From NCBI GenBank assembly GCA_963703385.1, contig OY969816.1:1357483-1421482 (forward strand): a stretch of DNA of 64,000 bases, read 5' to 3'. A program made the translations under genes and the position numbers. Shown in pieces: positions 31,677 to 42,305 of this stretch (its first letter is position 1; each line of letters starts with the position of its first letter). Below the pieces are notes generated by a model, which saw only the letters and a program-made list of their open reading frames with translations, searched no databases and was not told where the DNA came from. This DNA comes from an uncultured Pseudomonadota bacterium (GTDB lineage Bacteria; Pseudomonadota; Alphaproteobacteria; Rhizobiales; Beijerinckiaceae).

Positions 31677-32882
31677 TCAGGCCTTTTCGATTCCCGCCTG
31701 GACCTCCGCCGTCCTGTTCCGCCGCTGCGCCGGGCGGCGCATGCCAGCCGCGACCGCCAGCCAGATCAGCGTCAGCGCGACGGTCAGGCCGAGCACGCCG
31801 AAAACGCCCTTCGCCGCGAACATCATCCCCCCGGCGGCGCCGCCGACGAAAATCCCGAGGAACTGCGAGCTCGAATAGACGCCGGTGGCGGCGCCCTTGG
31901 CGGTGGCGGGCGCGACTTTGGTCACCAGCGACGGCAACATCGCCTCCATGGCGTTGAAGGCGGTGAAAAAGGCCGTCATCGCCGCGACGACGGCGACGGC
32001 GCTCGACGGCGCGGCGGCAAGCGCCGCCAGACTCGCGGCGATCACGGCGATCGAGGCGACGAAAACCTCTTTCATGCGTCCGCGGGTCTCGGCGACGATG
32101 ATCGCGGGAACCATCAGCGTCATGGCCACGGCCATGACCGGAAGATAGAATTTCCACTCGTCCCCGGCCTGCAAATGCAACGCATTCTTCAAAACCGACG
32201 GAATGGCCAAAAAACTCGCCGTCAGGACGGCGTGGAGGATGAAGATGGCGAAATCGAGCCGCAGCAATTCGCCGTCCTGCAACACCCGCTTGAAGGTCGG
32301 CCAGTTGACGCCGCGGGAAACGGTGTGATCGGGCGTCGGCGTCAGCAGCAGCGTGATCGCGACGCCGGCGAGGGCGAATCCGGCGGTGATCCAGAACATC
32401 CCGGACAACCCATAGGCCGCGGCGAGCGGCGGGCCGACGAGAACGGCGAAGGCGAAGGAAAAGCCGATGGTGATCCCGACCACCGCCATGGCGCGGGTTC
32501 GCACCTCTTCGCGGGTGAGATCCGCCACCATGGCCAGGATCGATGAGCCGACGGCGCCGCCTCCCTGCAGAATGCGGCCGAGCATGACGCCCTCGATCGA
32601 GGTGGCGAGCGCGGCCACGACGCTGCCGAAGCCAAACAGCAACAGGCCGCCGACGATCACCTTCTTGCGGCCGATATGGTCGGAGAGCAGCCCGAGCGGG
32701 ATCTGGAGCAGGCCCTGCGTCAGCCCGTAGGCGCCGAGCGCGAGCCCGATCATTCGCGGGTTCGCGCCGGACAGGCCGCGGGCGTATTGCATGAAGATCG
32801 GATAGATCATGAACAGGCCAAGCAACCGCGTCGCGAATACGGCGGCAAGGGAAATCGTGGCGCGAAGTTCGGTTTTGTTCAT
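31677..32882 (-). CDS. MFS transporter, YajR-like
   Basis: RLLGLFMIYP, GAYGLTQGLLQIPLGLLSDHIGRK, GRILQG, GVYSSSQFLG. Confidence 0.88.
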   Translation of the reverse strand: MNKTELRATISLAAVFATRLLGLFMIYPIFMQYARGLSGANPRMIGLALGAYGLTQGLLQIPLGLLSDHIGRKKVIVGGLLLFGFGSVVAALATSIEGVMLGRILQGGGAVGSSILAMVADLTREEVRTRAMAVVGITIGFSFAFAVLVGPPLAAAYGLSGMFWITAGFALAGVAITLLLTPTPDHTVSRGVNWPTFKRVLQDGELLRLDFAIFILHAVLTASFLAIPSVLKNALHLQAGDEWKFYLPVMAVAMTLMVPAIIVAETRGRMKEVFVASIAVIAASLAALAAAPSSAVAVVAAMTAFFTAFNAMEAMLPSLVTKVAPATAKGAATGVYSSSQFLGIFVGGAAGGMMFAAKGVFGVLGLTVALTLIWLAVAAGMRRPAQRRNRTAEVQAGIEKA

Positions 32883-33424
32883 CGGGTCGTCCCTGTGCGC
32901 GCTTCAGCGACTCCGCCCCGGCCGGTCGGGCGTTGCGCGCCGTTTTCTTCCTGGGCGGGAACTCGTTGGCGCGCCGACGATTTCCCGCCAAAATCTGTTG
33001 GCTCGGTATTGGCTCCGGCAGGATCGTCGTCCGAAGACTCCGTCCGCCTTCCGCCAAACCAGGCTGGCCGCCGTTGCTCTAGCGCGCGGGCGCAGGGTCA
33101 GGCAAATAAATTTCCTTTCACATTTGCCGCCCGCGAACCTTCAGCCGGGCGCCGCCCGCAAGGGAACGGTGCGAAGACCCGTTCCTTGCCGGACAGATCC
33201 GCTCGGCGCCAGGCCGGCAGGCGGCGCCCAATTGGGATTTGCGCCCATATGGTGTAGAAAGAGCCCTTCCCGGACGACGGGCCGTTGCTTAATGCTCGTT
33301 TTTTCGGTCGCGCGATTTTTTGTCGAGCCATTTGGGCAGGTGCAGCGTGCGGCATGAGGGGCAATCTGAATTCGCCGCCGGGGATCACGGCGATCCCGAC
33401 AGGGACGCAGGCGACTGGCTGTCC

Positions 33425-36100
33425 ATGACACGGGCGCCGCTGGCCAGAATCGCCGCTCTGCGCCGCCGGGCGCCGCTCGCCTTTCCCCTCGGCGTCGGAC
33501 TGCTCGCCGCCGCGGCCGGCGTCGGCGGCCAGGCCGGCCTGATCGCGGCGCGCGCCGCTTCGTCGCCGTTCCTGGCGCTCTATCCGGCCATGATCGCCGC
33601 GGCTGTGGCTGGCGGCTTTCGCGCCGGCTTCACGGCGCTGATCCTCGGCGGCGCCGGCGCCGAGGCTTTGGCCTTCACGTTGGACGCGCCCTTCGACGGC
33701 CCGGCGCTGCTGATCTTCGTTCTGTGCGGCCTCGCCGTCGCCTTGGCGGCCGAGGCGCTCCACCGCATTTTCGGCGAGCTTCGCGCCGCCGAGGGGCGGC
33801 TGGAGCTTCAGGCGCGGATTTCCGCGCTCGACGAGCACGCGATCGTCGAAGTGACCGACCAGAATGGCGCGATTACCTACGCCAACGACAAATTCTGCGC
33901 GATTTCCCAATTTTCGCGCGATGAACTGCTCGGCCGGAACCACCGGATCATGCATTCCGGCGTCCAATCCAGGGATTTTTACAGCCGGATGTGGCGCACG
34001 ATCTCGGCCGGCGATGTCTGGCGCGGGGAGGTCTGCAACGCCGCCAAGGACGGCTCCCATTATTGGGTGGACACGACCATCGTGCCCTTTCTCGACGCAA
34101 GGCGCCGCCCTCGGCAATTCGTCGCCATTCGCACCGACATCACCGAACGCAAGCGCGCCGAATTCGCCCTTCGCGAGAGCGAGGCCGCCCTGCGCCAGAG
34201 CCAGACCCGCCTGCGCCACGCCGCCGACGCCGGCGGCCTCACCTACGCCGAATTCGACATGATTGAGGCCCGCGTCCATGTCGCCGATAATTTCGCGCAT
34301 GTCCTTGGCTATTCGCCCAGGACGCCGGCGGAGGGCCGCGAAATGGTGGAGGTCGTCAACGGGCTGCTCGATCATGTGCCTCCGGAAGACCGCCGCCGGC
34401 TGACCCTGGCCATCCAGCAGTGCCTCAACGGCGCCGCGAGCGGCCGGATCGAATATCGCGTGATCGGCGACGACAGCCAGGAGCGCTGGATCGAAAGCGT
34501 CTGGAGCAGCGAGATCGACGCGAGCGGCAAGCCGGAGCGCATTTTCGTCACCGATCTCGACATCACCCGGCTTCGCGCGGCCGAAAACGCCCTGCGCGAG
34601 AGCGAGAAGAATTTCCGATCGCTCGCCAACGCGATTCCGCAACTGGTCTGGATCGCCTCGCCCGAAGGCGAAATCACCTGGCTCAACGAACGCTGGTACG
34701 ACTATACCGGCGCCCCGCCCGGCCAGCCCGCCCCTCTGAGCTGGATCTCCTGTGTCGATCCCGACAGCCTGTCCGCCATTTTCGAGCGCTGGTCGGACTC
34801 GATCGCCACCGGACGCCCGCTGGGCATGATCATCCCCCTGCGCGGCGCCGACGGCAGGTTCAGGCCATTCCTGACTCGCGTCATGCCGCATCGCGACGCC
34901 GACGGCCGCATCGTGCAATGGTTCGGCGCCGCCACCGAGATCACCGAGCAGAAGGAGCTTGAGGAAGCCCTGCGGGCGGCGACGCTCGAAGCCGAGCGCG
35001 CCAACAGGGCCAAGTCCAAATTCCTCGCCTCGGCCAGCCACGACTTGCGCCAGCCGGTGCAGTCGCTGGTGCTGCTGCTCGCCCTGATCGAACGCCAGGT
35101 CTCCGCCATTCCCAAGGCGCTGGAGACGGTGGGAATGATGAAACAGGCGCTCGGCGGGCTGAACGGGCTGCTGACCGCCATCCTCGACATTTCCCGGCTC
35201 GACGCCGGCGTGGTCGCGCCGGCGATCGACTCGGTCGATCTCGGCGCCCTGCTCGGCCGCCTGTCGTCGGAATATGAGCCCAAGGCCGCCGACAAGGGCC
35301 TGGAGCTGCGGTTGATCAAGCGCCCGCTCCACGCCCTCGCCGACCCCTCGCTTCTGGAGCGCGCCCTGCGCAACCTGATCGAGAACGCCTTCCGCTACAC
35401 CCCGAACGGCGGCGTGCTGATCGGCCTGCGCCGGCGCGGCGACCGCGTGCGGATCGATGTGGTGGACACCGGCGTCGGCGTGCCGAAGGAAAAACAGCAG
35501 GAAATTTTCGAGGAGTTCATCCAGCTCAACAACCCCGGCCGCGATCTCGGCAAAGGCCTCGGCCTTGGGCTGGCGATCGTCGCCCGCCTCGCCCATCTGC
35601 TCGACGCCCAGATCGAGGTCAGCTCAAGGGTCGGGCGCGGCTCGCGCTTCTCGCTGTCCCTGCCCGCCGCGGAAGGCGCCCAGACGTCCGAGGCCCAGCC
35701 GGCGCATTATGAAGATCCCCGCGGCCGCATCCTGATCATCGAGGACAATCTGATCCTGCGCCACGGGCTGGAAAATATCGTGCGCAAATGGGGCTGCGAG
35801 ACTTTTGCCGCGTCGAGCGGCGAAGAGGCCCTGGAGATCGCCGCCTCGCGCCTTTGGCGTCTCGACGCCCTGTTGAGCGATTATCGCCTCGGCGCGGGCC
35901 TGAACGGCGTTGAGGCGGCCAAGGAGATCGCGCGGCGCGCCGGCCATGATTTTCCGACCCTGATCCTCACCGGCGACACCGCGACCGAGCATATCGCCGA
36001 AATCGCATCGAGCGGCTTCGAACTGCTGCACAAGCCGGTGAGCGCGGAACAATTGCGACGCAAACTCTCGCGGCTTCTGAGGAGCGAAGCGGCGCATTAG
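33425..36100 (+). CDS. Hybrid sensor histidine kinase (membrane domain, three PAS, HisKA, HATPase, REC)
   Basis: TM N-terminus, PAS/PAC motifs, ASHDLRQP H-box, NLIENAFRYT, DTGVG, GLGLGLAI, C-terminal receiver. Confidence 0.93.
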   Translation: MTRAPLARIAALRRRAPLAFPLGVGLLAAAAGVGGQAGLIAARAASSPFLALYPAMIAAAVAGGFRAGFTALILGGAGAEALAFTLDAPFDGPALLIFVLCGLAVALAAEALHRIFGELRAAEGRLELQARISALDEHAIVEVTDQNGAITYANDKFCAISQFSRDELLGRNHRIMHSGVQSRDFYSRMWRTISAGDVWRGEVCNAAKDGSHYWVDTTIVPFLDARRRPRQFVAIRTDITERKRAEFALRESEAALRQSQTRLRHAADAGGLTYAEFDMIEARVHVADNFAHVLGYSPRTPAEGREMVEVVNGLLDHVPPEDRRRLTLAIQQCLNGAASGRIEYRVIGDDSQERWIESVWSSEIDASGKPERIFVTDLDITRLRAAENALRESEKNFRSLANAIPQLVWIASPEGEITWLNERWYDYTGAPPGQPAPLSWISCVDPDSLSAIFERWSDSIATGRPLGMIIPLRGADGRFRPFLTRVMPHRDADGRIVQWFGAATEITEQKELEEALRAATLEAERANRAKSKFLASASHDLRQPVQSLVLLLALIERQVSAIPKALETVGMMKQALGGLNGLLTAILDISRLDAGVVAPAIDSVDLGALLGRLSSEYEPKAADKGLELRLIKRPLHALADPSLLERALRNLIENAFRYTPNGGVLIGLRRRGDRVRIDVVDTGVGVPKEKQQEIFEEFIQLNNPGRDLGKGLGLGLAIVARLAHLLDAQIEVSSRVGRGSRFSLSLPAAEGAQTSEAQPAHYEDPRGRILIIEDNLILRHGLENIVRKWGCETFAASSGEEALEIAASRLWRLDALLSDYRLGAGLNGVEAAKEIARRAGHDFPTLILTGDTATEHIAEIASSGFELLHKPVSAEQLRRKLSRLLRSEAAH

Positions 36101-36148
36101 TTTCCGCGGGACGGCCGCGCATTCCGCATCGATCATGGGGAATACCCA

Positions 36149-36520
36149 TCATTTGCCGCCGCGCATGGCGACAAGGCGATCGATCATGCGCTGCAAATCC
36201 TCGAACTGGAACGGTTTGGTCAGGATCGGGGCGTCGCGATAGCCGGGGGCGACGCCGCCCAGGCCATGGCCGGTGACGAAGGCGTAAGGCACGCCGTTCA
36301 GCGCCAGGGCGTCGGCGACCGGATAGGACTCTCCTCGGCCGAGCGCGACATCGAGCAAAGCGCCGTCGAGCGCATCGCCTTCCTTCTCGACCAGTTCCAG
36401 CGCCGCCTCGAGCGTCCGCGCCGGCCCGACCACCTCGCAGCCGGATTCCGACAGCCACTCGGAGACCAGGATCGCCAGGATCGGATCGTCGTCAACCAGC
36501 AGCAGACGCGGCGCCATCAT
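36149..36520 (-). CDS. Single-domain response regulator
   Basis: LLVDDD, LLDV, FVTG, LTKPF. Confidence 0.9.
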   Translation of the reverse strand: MMAPRLLLVDDDPILAILVSEWLSESGCEVVGPARTLEAALELVEKEGDALDGALLDVALGRGESYPVADALALNGVPYAFVTGHGLGGVAPGYRDAPILTKPFQFEDLQRMIDRLVAMRGGK

Positions 36521-36775
36521 ACCTCCCGCGCGGGATCGGCCCGGAAAAGCTTAGCAGTTCTTTGGCGGCGCGGCCAAGTTAATTAGCTATCGACAGCGCG
36601 CGCTTCGTTTTTCGGAAAAATGAAAATTGTTTTCGTTCTGTTCGCAGCCGGCGCGGTTTTGTGCTAATCACGCCGGCGACAAGCGGCGTCCGGCCGCGCC
36701 TTTCCCGATTCGCGCGAATGGGGGAAAATGTGTGGTTGCGGGACGATTTGCCCCCGATGAGATTTTCGCTGGATC

Positions 36776-38812
36776 ATGGCCGAACAGGATCTTTTTGGCG
36801 CGCCCAAGCCGGCGCCGACGAAAAAAGTCGAAGTGAAAAAGGCGTCCGCCACCGTTTCACTGGGCGAGGCCGGCTATACGGCCGCCTCGATCGAGGTGCT
36901 GGAAGGGCTTGAGCCGGTGCGGCGGCGCCCCGGCATGTATATTGGCGGGACCGACGAGACCGGCCTCCACCATCTCTTCGCCGAAGTGCTCGACAATGCG
37001 ATGGACGAGGCCGTCGCCGGCTATGCGACCCGGATCGACGTCGTGATGGATGACGAAGGTTTTCTGTCCGTGACCGACAACGGGCGCGGCGTCCCGATCG
37101 ACCCGCATCCGAAATTCCCGAAGAAATCGGCGCTCGAGGTCATCATGACGACCTTGCACGCCGGCGGCAAATTCGATTCCGGCGCCTATCAGACCTCCGG
37201 CGGCCTCCATGGCGTCGGCGTTTCCGTGGTCAACGCCCTGGCGGAGCGGCTCGAAGTGGAAGTGGCGCGCGGGCAGACCCTCTACCGCCAGATTTTTTCA
37301 CGCGGCGCGCCGCTCGGCGGGCTGGAAACCATCGGTCGCGCGCCCAACCGGCGCGGGACCAAGGTGCGTTTCAAGGCGGACCCCGAAATTTTCCGCGAGA
37401 AATCCACCTTTTCGCCCGCGCGCGTTTTCAAGATGGCGCGGGCCAAGGCCTATCTGTTCGGCGGCGTCGAAATCCGCTGGAAATGCGCGGAATCCCTGCT
37501 CGACGCCACCGGCAAGACGCCGCCCGAGGCCGTGTTCCATTTCCCCGGCGGCCTCAAGGACTATCTCGCCGCCGACATCGAGGGAAAGCCGCTGGTCGCC
37601 GAGCAGTTCTTCACCGGCCGGGTGGAAAAGCCCGAGCGGCACGGCTCGCTCGAATGGGCGGTGACCTGGCTGGCCGAGGACGACGGCTCCATCCATTCCT
37701 ATTGCAACACCATTCCGACCCCGGACGGCGGATCCCACGAATCCGGCCTGAGGCTCGCCCTGCTGCGCGGCCTCAAGGACCATGCCGAGCGCATCGGCCA
37801 GGGCAAGCGCGCCTCCGCCGTGACCGCCGAGGACCTGATGGCCGGCTGCGCCGCCATGGTCTCGGTCTTCATCCGCGAGCCGGAGTTCCAGGGCCAGAAC
37901 AAGAGCCGGCTGATGAGCGCCGAGGCTTCGCGCATCGTCGAGAACGCCATGCGCGACGCTTTCGACCATTGGCTCGCGGGTTCTCCCGCCCAGGCCAAGG
38001 CCCTGGTCGACTGGGCGATCGAGCGCACCGAGGAGCGTCTGCGCCGCCGCGCCGAAAAGGACGTCGCGCGCAAGAGCCCGACCCGCAAGCTGCGCCTGCC
38101 CGGAAAACTCGCGGATTGCAGCAACAATTCGGCGCAGGGCTCCGAACTTTTCATCGTCGAAGGCGATTCGGCGGGCGGCTCGGCCAAACAGGCGCGCGAC
38201 CGCGCCAATCAGGCGGTTTTGCCTTTGCGCGGAAAGATTTTGAACGTCGCCAGTTCATCGCGCGAGAAAATGGCGGCCAACCAGCAGCTTGGCGACCTGA
38301 TCCAGGCGCTCGGCGTCGCGACCGGCTCGCATTACCGCGCCGAGGAGCTGCGTTACGACAAGGTCATCATCATGACCGACGCCGACGTCGACGGCGCCCA
38401 TATCGCCTCGCTGCTGATCACCTTTTTCTACCGGCAGATGCCCAAGCTGATCGACCAGGGCCATCTCTATCTCGCCGTGCCGCCGCTCTACAAGCTCAGC
38501 CAGGGCGCCAAGGTCGCCTACGCCCGCGACGATTTTCACCGCGACGAACTGTTGAAAAAGGAATTTTCCGGGCGCGGAAAAGTGGAGATCAGCCGGTTCA
38601 AGGGGCTGGGCGAAATGATGCCGGCCCAGCTCAAGGAAACCACCATGTCGCGCGCTTCGCGCACCCTGCTGCGCGTCGGCATCGTCGAGGAGGACCGCGA
38701 GGAGACGGCGGAATTGGTCGAGCGCCTGATGGGAGCCAAGCCGGAGGCGCGTTTCGCTTTCCTCCAGGAGCGCGCGGCCTTCGCGGCGGCGGCGGACCTC
38801 GTGGATCTCTGA
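36776..38812 (+). CDS. parE: DNA topoisomerase IV subunit B
   Basis: LEGLEPVRRRPGMYIG, GGLHGVGVSVVN, IVEGDSAGGSAKQ, MTDADVDG, RFKGLGEM; lacks the GyrB insertion. Confidence 0.95.
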   Translation: MAEQDLFGAPKPAPTKKVEVKKASATVSLGEAGYTAASIEVLEGLEPVRRRPGMYIGGTDETGLHHLFAEVLDNAMDEAVAGYATRIDVVMDDEGFLSVTDNGRGVPIDPHPKFPKKSALEVIMTTLHAGGKFDSGAYQTSGGLHGVGVSVVNALAERLEVEVARGQTLYRQIFSRGAPLGGLETIGRAPNRRGTKVRFKADPEIFREKSTFSPARVFKMARAKAYLFGGVEIRWKCAESLLDATGKTPPEAVFHFPGGLKDYLAADIEGKPLVAEQFFTGRVEKPERHGSLEWAVTWLAEDDGSIHSYCNTIPTPDGGSHESGLRLALLRGLKDHAERIGQGKRASAVTAEDLMAGCAAMVSVFIREPEFQGQNKSRLMSAEASRIVENAMRDAFDHWLAGSPAQAKALVDWAIERTEERLRRRAEKDVARKSPTRKLRLPGKLADCSNNSAQGSELFIVEGDSAGGSAKQARDRANQAVLPLRGKILNVASSSREKMAANQQLGDLIQALGVATGSHYRAEELRYDKVIIMTDADVDGAHIASLLITFFYRQMPKLIDQGHLYLAVPPLYKLSQGAKVAYARDDFHRDELLKKEFSGRGKVEISRFKGLGEMMPAQLKETTMSRASRTLLRVGIVEEDREETAELVERLMGAKPEARFAFLQERAAFAAAADLVDL

Positions 38813-38858
38813 CCGCGAGGGTCGTCCGCCTGGAATTCGGGCGTGGAAAAATTCGCGC

Positions 38859-39420
38859 ATGACATCAAATTCCGGAGCCAATCATGCGACAAACGACGGA
38901 AAACAAGAAATTTGCGCCTTCGGTCATCCTGCTGCATTGGCTGATGGCCCTGATGATCTTCGGCCTCTACGCCGTGGGATTGAGCGTCGATTCTTTCGCC
39001 AAGCCGGTGCGCCCCATGGTGGTCAACATCCATGCCGTCGTCGGGCTGGCGCTGCTCGTCCTGCTCGCCCTCCGCATCGTGGCCCGCAAGGCCACACCCA
39101 CGCCGGACTATCCCGGCAGCATGGGTCCGATCTTCCGCGTCGCCGCCGCCGCCGGCCACGGCCTGCTCTATCTGCTGATGCTGGTCGTCCCGCTGGTCGG
39201 CCTCGCCACTTTTCTGCGCGCGGGTCGGACGCTCGACCTCGGGCTGATGCAGATTCCCTCGCCGTTCGCCGCCAATCGCGACCTCGCCCATCAGCTCCAG
39301 GAAATCCATCAGCTGCTTGCGCATCTGCTGATCGCGACCGTCGTCGGCCATGCGCTCATCGCGCTCTATCATCAGTTCATCCTGGGCGACGGGATCCTGG
39401 AGCGGATCAAGCTGCGGTAA
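38859..39420 (+). CDS. Cytochrome b561 (YceJ/CybB-like)
   Basis: Four TM segments with His ligands: LHWLMA, NIHAVVG, GHGLLY, IHQLLAH, GHALIALYH. Confidence 0.88.
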
Positions 39421-39494
39421 TTCGCCGGCTGCCGCTAACCTGCCGTTTACCTTGAAGACCGATAAGGATTCTCGGGTCAGGTCGGGAGCGCAGC

Positions 39495-39758
39495 ATGTCC
39501 GTCATGAAATCGTTCAGAGAGGACAATCGAGGATCAACCATCGACAAGATCGCGCTGTTTTGCGCCGTCGTCGCGATCATCAGCGTGCTGGGCGCCCATG
39601 GTCTGGACATGCTGGCGCAGAACGGCGCCCTGCCGGTCATCGCCTTCCACCATGCCGGCGGCCATCCCGACGTCGATTACAGCGCGACCGGCTCGATCCC
39701 CGACCGCGCCGAGCGGACCCAGCTCAATCCCTGCCGCGACAATGGCGGCGACCGCTGA
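39495..39758 (+). CDS. Small protein with Flp-pilin-like N-terminus
   Basis: SFREDNRGSTIDKIAL followed by one TM helix; C-terminal DYSATGSI. Confidence 0.6.
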   Translation: MSVMKSFREDNRGSTIDKIALFCAVVAIISVLGAHGLDMLAQNGALPVIAFHHAGGHPDVDYSATGSIPDRAERTQLNPCRDNGGDR

Positions 39759-40005
39759 AATTTCAGAAATTCATTGACTTTGGCGTTGCGTGGCCTAATG
39801 GTCCGCGTGGCGCTTTGGATTCGCGCGCGCCCGTCGTTTCAGAACTATTCGCCATTCAGCGGGGACAAGCTCCCGCGCGGGGCAAACGGCGTTACGATCC
39901 CATGCCGGCTTTGGGCCGTTATTCGCTCCAAGGACATGATCGTCAGGGTCGGCGTCCAGGAGCTGCAACAAAGACGCGATCCGCTCAACCCGATTTGGAC
40001 CCCTA

Positions 40006-41502
40006 ATGCAATTTACCAACCTCGGCCTCAGCGAAAAGGTGCTGCGCGCCGTTGAAAAATCCGGTTACACCACGCCGACGCCGATCCAGGCGCAGGCCAT
40101 CCCTCTTGCCCTCGCCGGCCGCGACGTGCTCGGCATCGCCCAGACCGGCACCGGCAAGACCGCCGCCTTCACCCTGCCCATGCTGTCCCGGCTGGAGCAG
40201 GGCCGCGCCCGCGCCCGCGTGCCGCGCACCCTCATTCTGGAGCCGACCCGCGAGCTCGCCGCCCAGGTCGAGGAAAGTTTCAATAAATATGGCGCCGAAC
40301 ACAAGCTGAACGTCGCCTTGCTGATCGGTGGCGTCTCCTTCGGCGACCAGGAAACCAAGATCATGCGCGGCGCCGACGTGCTGATCGCCACGCCCGGCCG
40401 GCTGCTGGACTTTTTCGAACGCGGCAAGCTGCTTTTGACCGGCATAGAAATCCTGGTCATCGACGAAGCCGACCGCATGCTCGACATGGGCTTCATCCCG
40501 GACATCGAGAAGATCTGCAAGCTGGTGCCCTTCACCCGCCAGACCCTGTTCTTCTCGGCGACCATGCCGCCGGAGATCACCCGCCTGACCGAGCAATTCC
40601 TGCATAATCCGGCCCGCGTCGAAGTGGCGCGCGCCGCTAGCACCCTCTCGACCATCACCCAGGCTTTGGTCGCCTCCCATGGCGGCGGCGACAAGCGCGA
40701 GACCCTGCGCCGCCTGCTGCGCTCGGCCGAGGGCCTGAAAAACGCGATCGTGTTCTGCAATCGCAAGCGCGATGTCGCTATCGTCCACAAGAGCCTGGAA
40801 AAACACGGCTTTCCGGTCGGGGCGCTGCATGGCGACATGGATCAGGGGGCGCGCATGGCCTCGCTCGACGCCTTCAAGAATGGCGCGGTGGACATTCTGG
40901 TCTGTTCCGACGTCGCCGCGCGCGGGCTGGACATTCCCGATGTCAGCCATGTCTTCAATTTCGACGCGCCGACCCATCCGGAAGACTATGTCCATCGCAT
41001 CGGCCGCACCGGGCGCGCCGGGCGCTCCGGCCACGCCGTCACCCTCGTGACCGACCACGATCTCAAATATATCGCCCAGATCGAGGCGTTGATTCAAAGG
41101 CAGATCGACTGGGAGGGGCCGCGCCTCGAAGAGTTGCCGCCGGCCGAACATGTCGAGCGCGACCGCGAGCGCGCGGCGCGCGCCGGCGAAAGGCCGCGGC
41201 GCGGCGGACGCGGCGGGCGCCAGGAAAACGAAAGAACTGGACACGGAAAAACCGGGCGCGAACGGACCGGAAGCCGCACCCGCGGCGACGGCGAGCAGCC
41301 GAGCCCGGCGCCGCGCGAGGCGGCCGAGCGCGAGGAGGCGCCGCGTTCGCGCCGCGCCAGCCGTCCGCCGGAAAACGAGCCCCGCCGCAAGGCCCCGCGC
41401 CAGCGCGAGGAGGATGACGCCCCGGTCGTCGGCATGGGCGATCACGTCCCGAGTTTTCTGCTCCGCTCGACGCGCACCAAAACCGTCAAGACGGCGGAGT
41501 GA
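40006..41502 (+). CDS. DEAD-box RNA helicase
   Basis: Q motif TPIQ, AQTGTGKT, PTRELA, DEAD, SAT, HRIGRTGR. Confidence 0.97.
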   Translation: MQFTNLGLSEKVLRAVEKSGYTTPTPIQAQAIPLALAGRDVLGIAQTGTGKTAAFTLPMLSRLEQGRARARVPRTLILEPTRELAAQVEESFNKYGAEHKLNVALLIGGVSFGDQETKIMRGADVLIATPGRLLDFFERGKLLLTGIEILVIDEADRMLDMGFIPDIEKICKLVPFTRQTLFFSATMPPEITRLTEQFLHNPARVEVARAASTLSTITQALVASHGGGDKRETLRRLLRSAEGLKNAIVFCNRKRDVAIVHKSLEKHGFPVGALHGDMDQGARMASLDAFKNGAVDILVCSDVAARGLDIPDVSHVFNFDAPTHPEDYVHRIGRTGRAGRSGHAVTLVTDHDLKYIAQIEALIQRQIDWEGPRLEELPPAEHVERDRERAARAGERPRRGGRGGRQENERTGHGKTGRERTGSRTRGDGEQPSPAPREAAEREEAPRSRRASRPPENEPRRKAPRQREEDDAPVVGMGDHVPSFLLRSTRTKTVKTAE

Positions 41503-42205
41503 TCCTTTCCAGCAGATCGAGGCTCAGCTCCTCGCAGCTGGGCAGTTCGATCGCCGCCCCGGTCAAGTCGTCGTCGCTCGAAAAAGTCGAGCGCACGGCG
41601 ATCACGGGCAGTCCCGCGCCGCGCGCCGCCAGCACGCCATTGCGCGAATCCTCGATCGCCACGCACTGTTGCGGCGGCTTGCCCAGTTCGCGCAGGGCCA
41701 GTTCATAGACATCCGGCGCGGGCTTCTTCTTCTTCACCATGTCCCCGGCCCCGACGACGGGAAAGACGTCCCGCCACTGCGCGCCGAGCGCGCTGGTGAG
41801 CAGAGCGTCGATATTGGGCATGGAGGTGGTGGTGGCGATGGCGAGGGTCAGGCCGCGCGCGCGCGCCGCCGCGATGAATTCCTTGATCCCCGGCCGCAGC
41901 GGCACGGCGCCCCCATCGACCATGGCGGTATAGATGTCGGTCTTGGCCTTGTGGAGCTCGGCGACAAATTCGGGATCGGCTGCGCCGCCTTCGAGCGTGA
42001 CGAAATGGGTGATCCTCTCCTTGCCGCCCGTCACTTTCAGCAACTGGCGATAAAGCGGAACGTCCCAGTTCCAGCCGAGGCCAAGATCGGCGAAGGCGCG
42101 GTTGAACGCCTGGCGATGAACTTCCTCCGTCTCCGCCAAAGTGCCGTCCATGTCGAAAATCACCGTGTCGATCGTCACCTTGTCGATCATCACCTTGTCG
42201 ATCAC
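41486..42205 (-). CDS. CbbY-like HAD-IA phosphatase
   Basis: IFDMDGTLAETEEVHRQAFN, VTGGKERI, KKPAPDVY, IEDSRNG. Confidence 0.88.
   Translation of the reverse strand: MIDKVMIDKVTIDTVIFDMDGTLAETEEVHRQAFNRAFADLGLGWNWDVPLYRQLLKVTGGKERITHFVTLEGGAADPEFVAELHKAKTDIYTAMVDGGAVPLRPGIKEFIAAARARGLTLAIATTTSMPNIDALLTSALGAQWRDVFPVVGAGDMVKKKKPAPDVYELALRELGKPPQQCVAIEDSRNGVLAARGAGLPVIAVRSTFSSDDDLTGAAIELPSCEELSLDLLERITPPS
42161..42205 (-). repeat. Three 15-bp tandem units at the start of the HAD gene
   Basis: caccgtgtcgatcgt caccttgtcgatcat caccttgtcgatcac; encodes (M/V)IDKV MIDKV TIDTV. Confidence 0.9.
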
Positions 42206-42305
42206 TTGCGCCTCCCCAAGAAAACCCGGCGAAATTGCAGGTTTCCGCGCGAAAAGGAAATTTAAAAAATCAACAGCCGGCGTTAGATTGATTTTCTTCC
42301 CCCCC

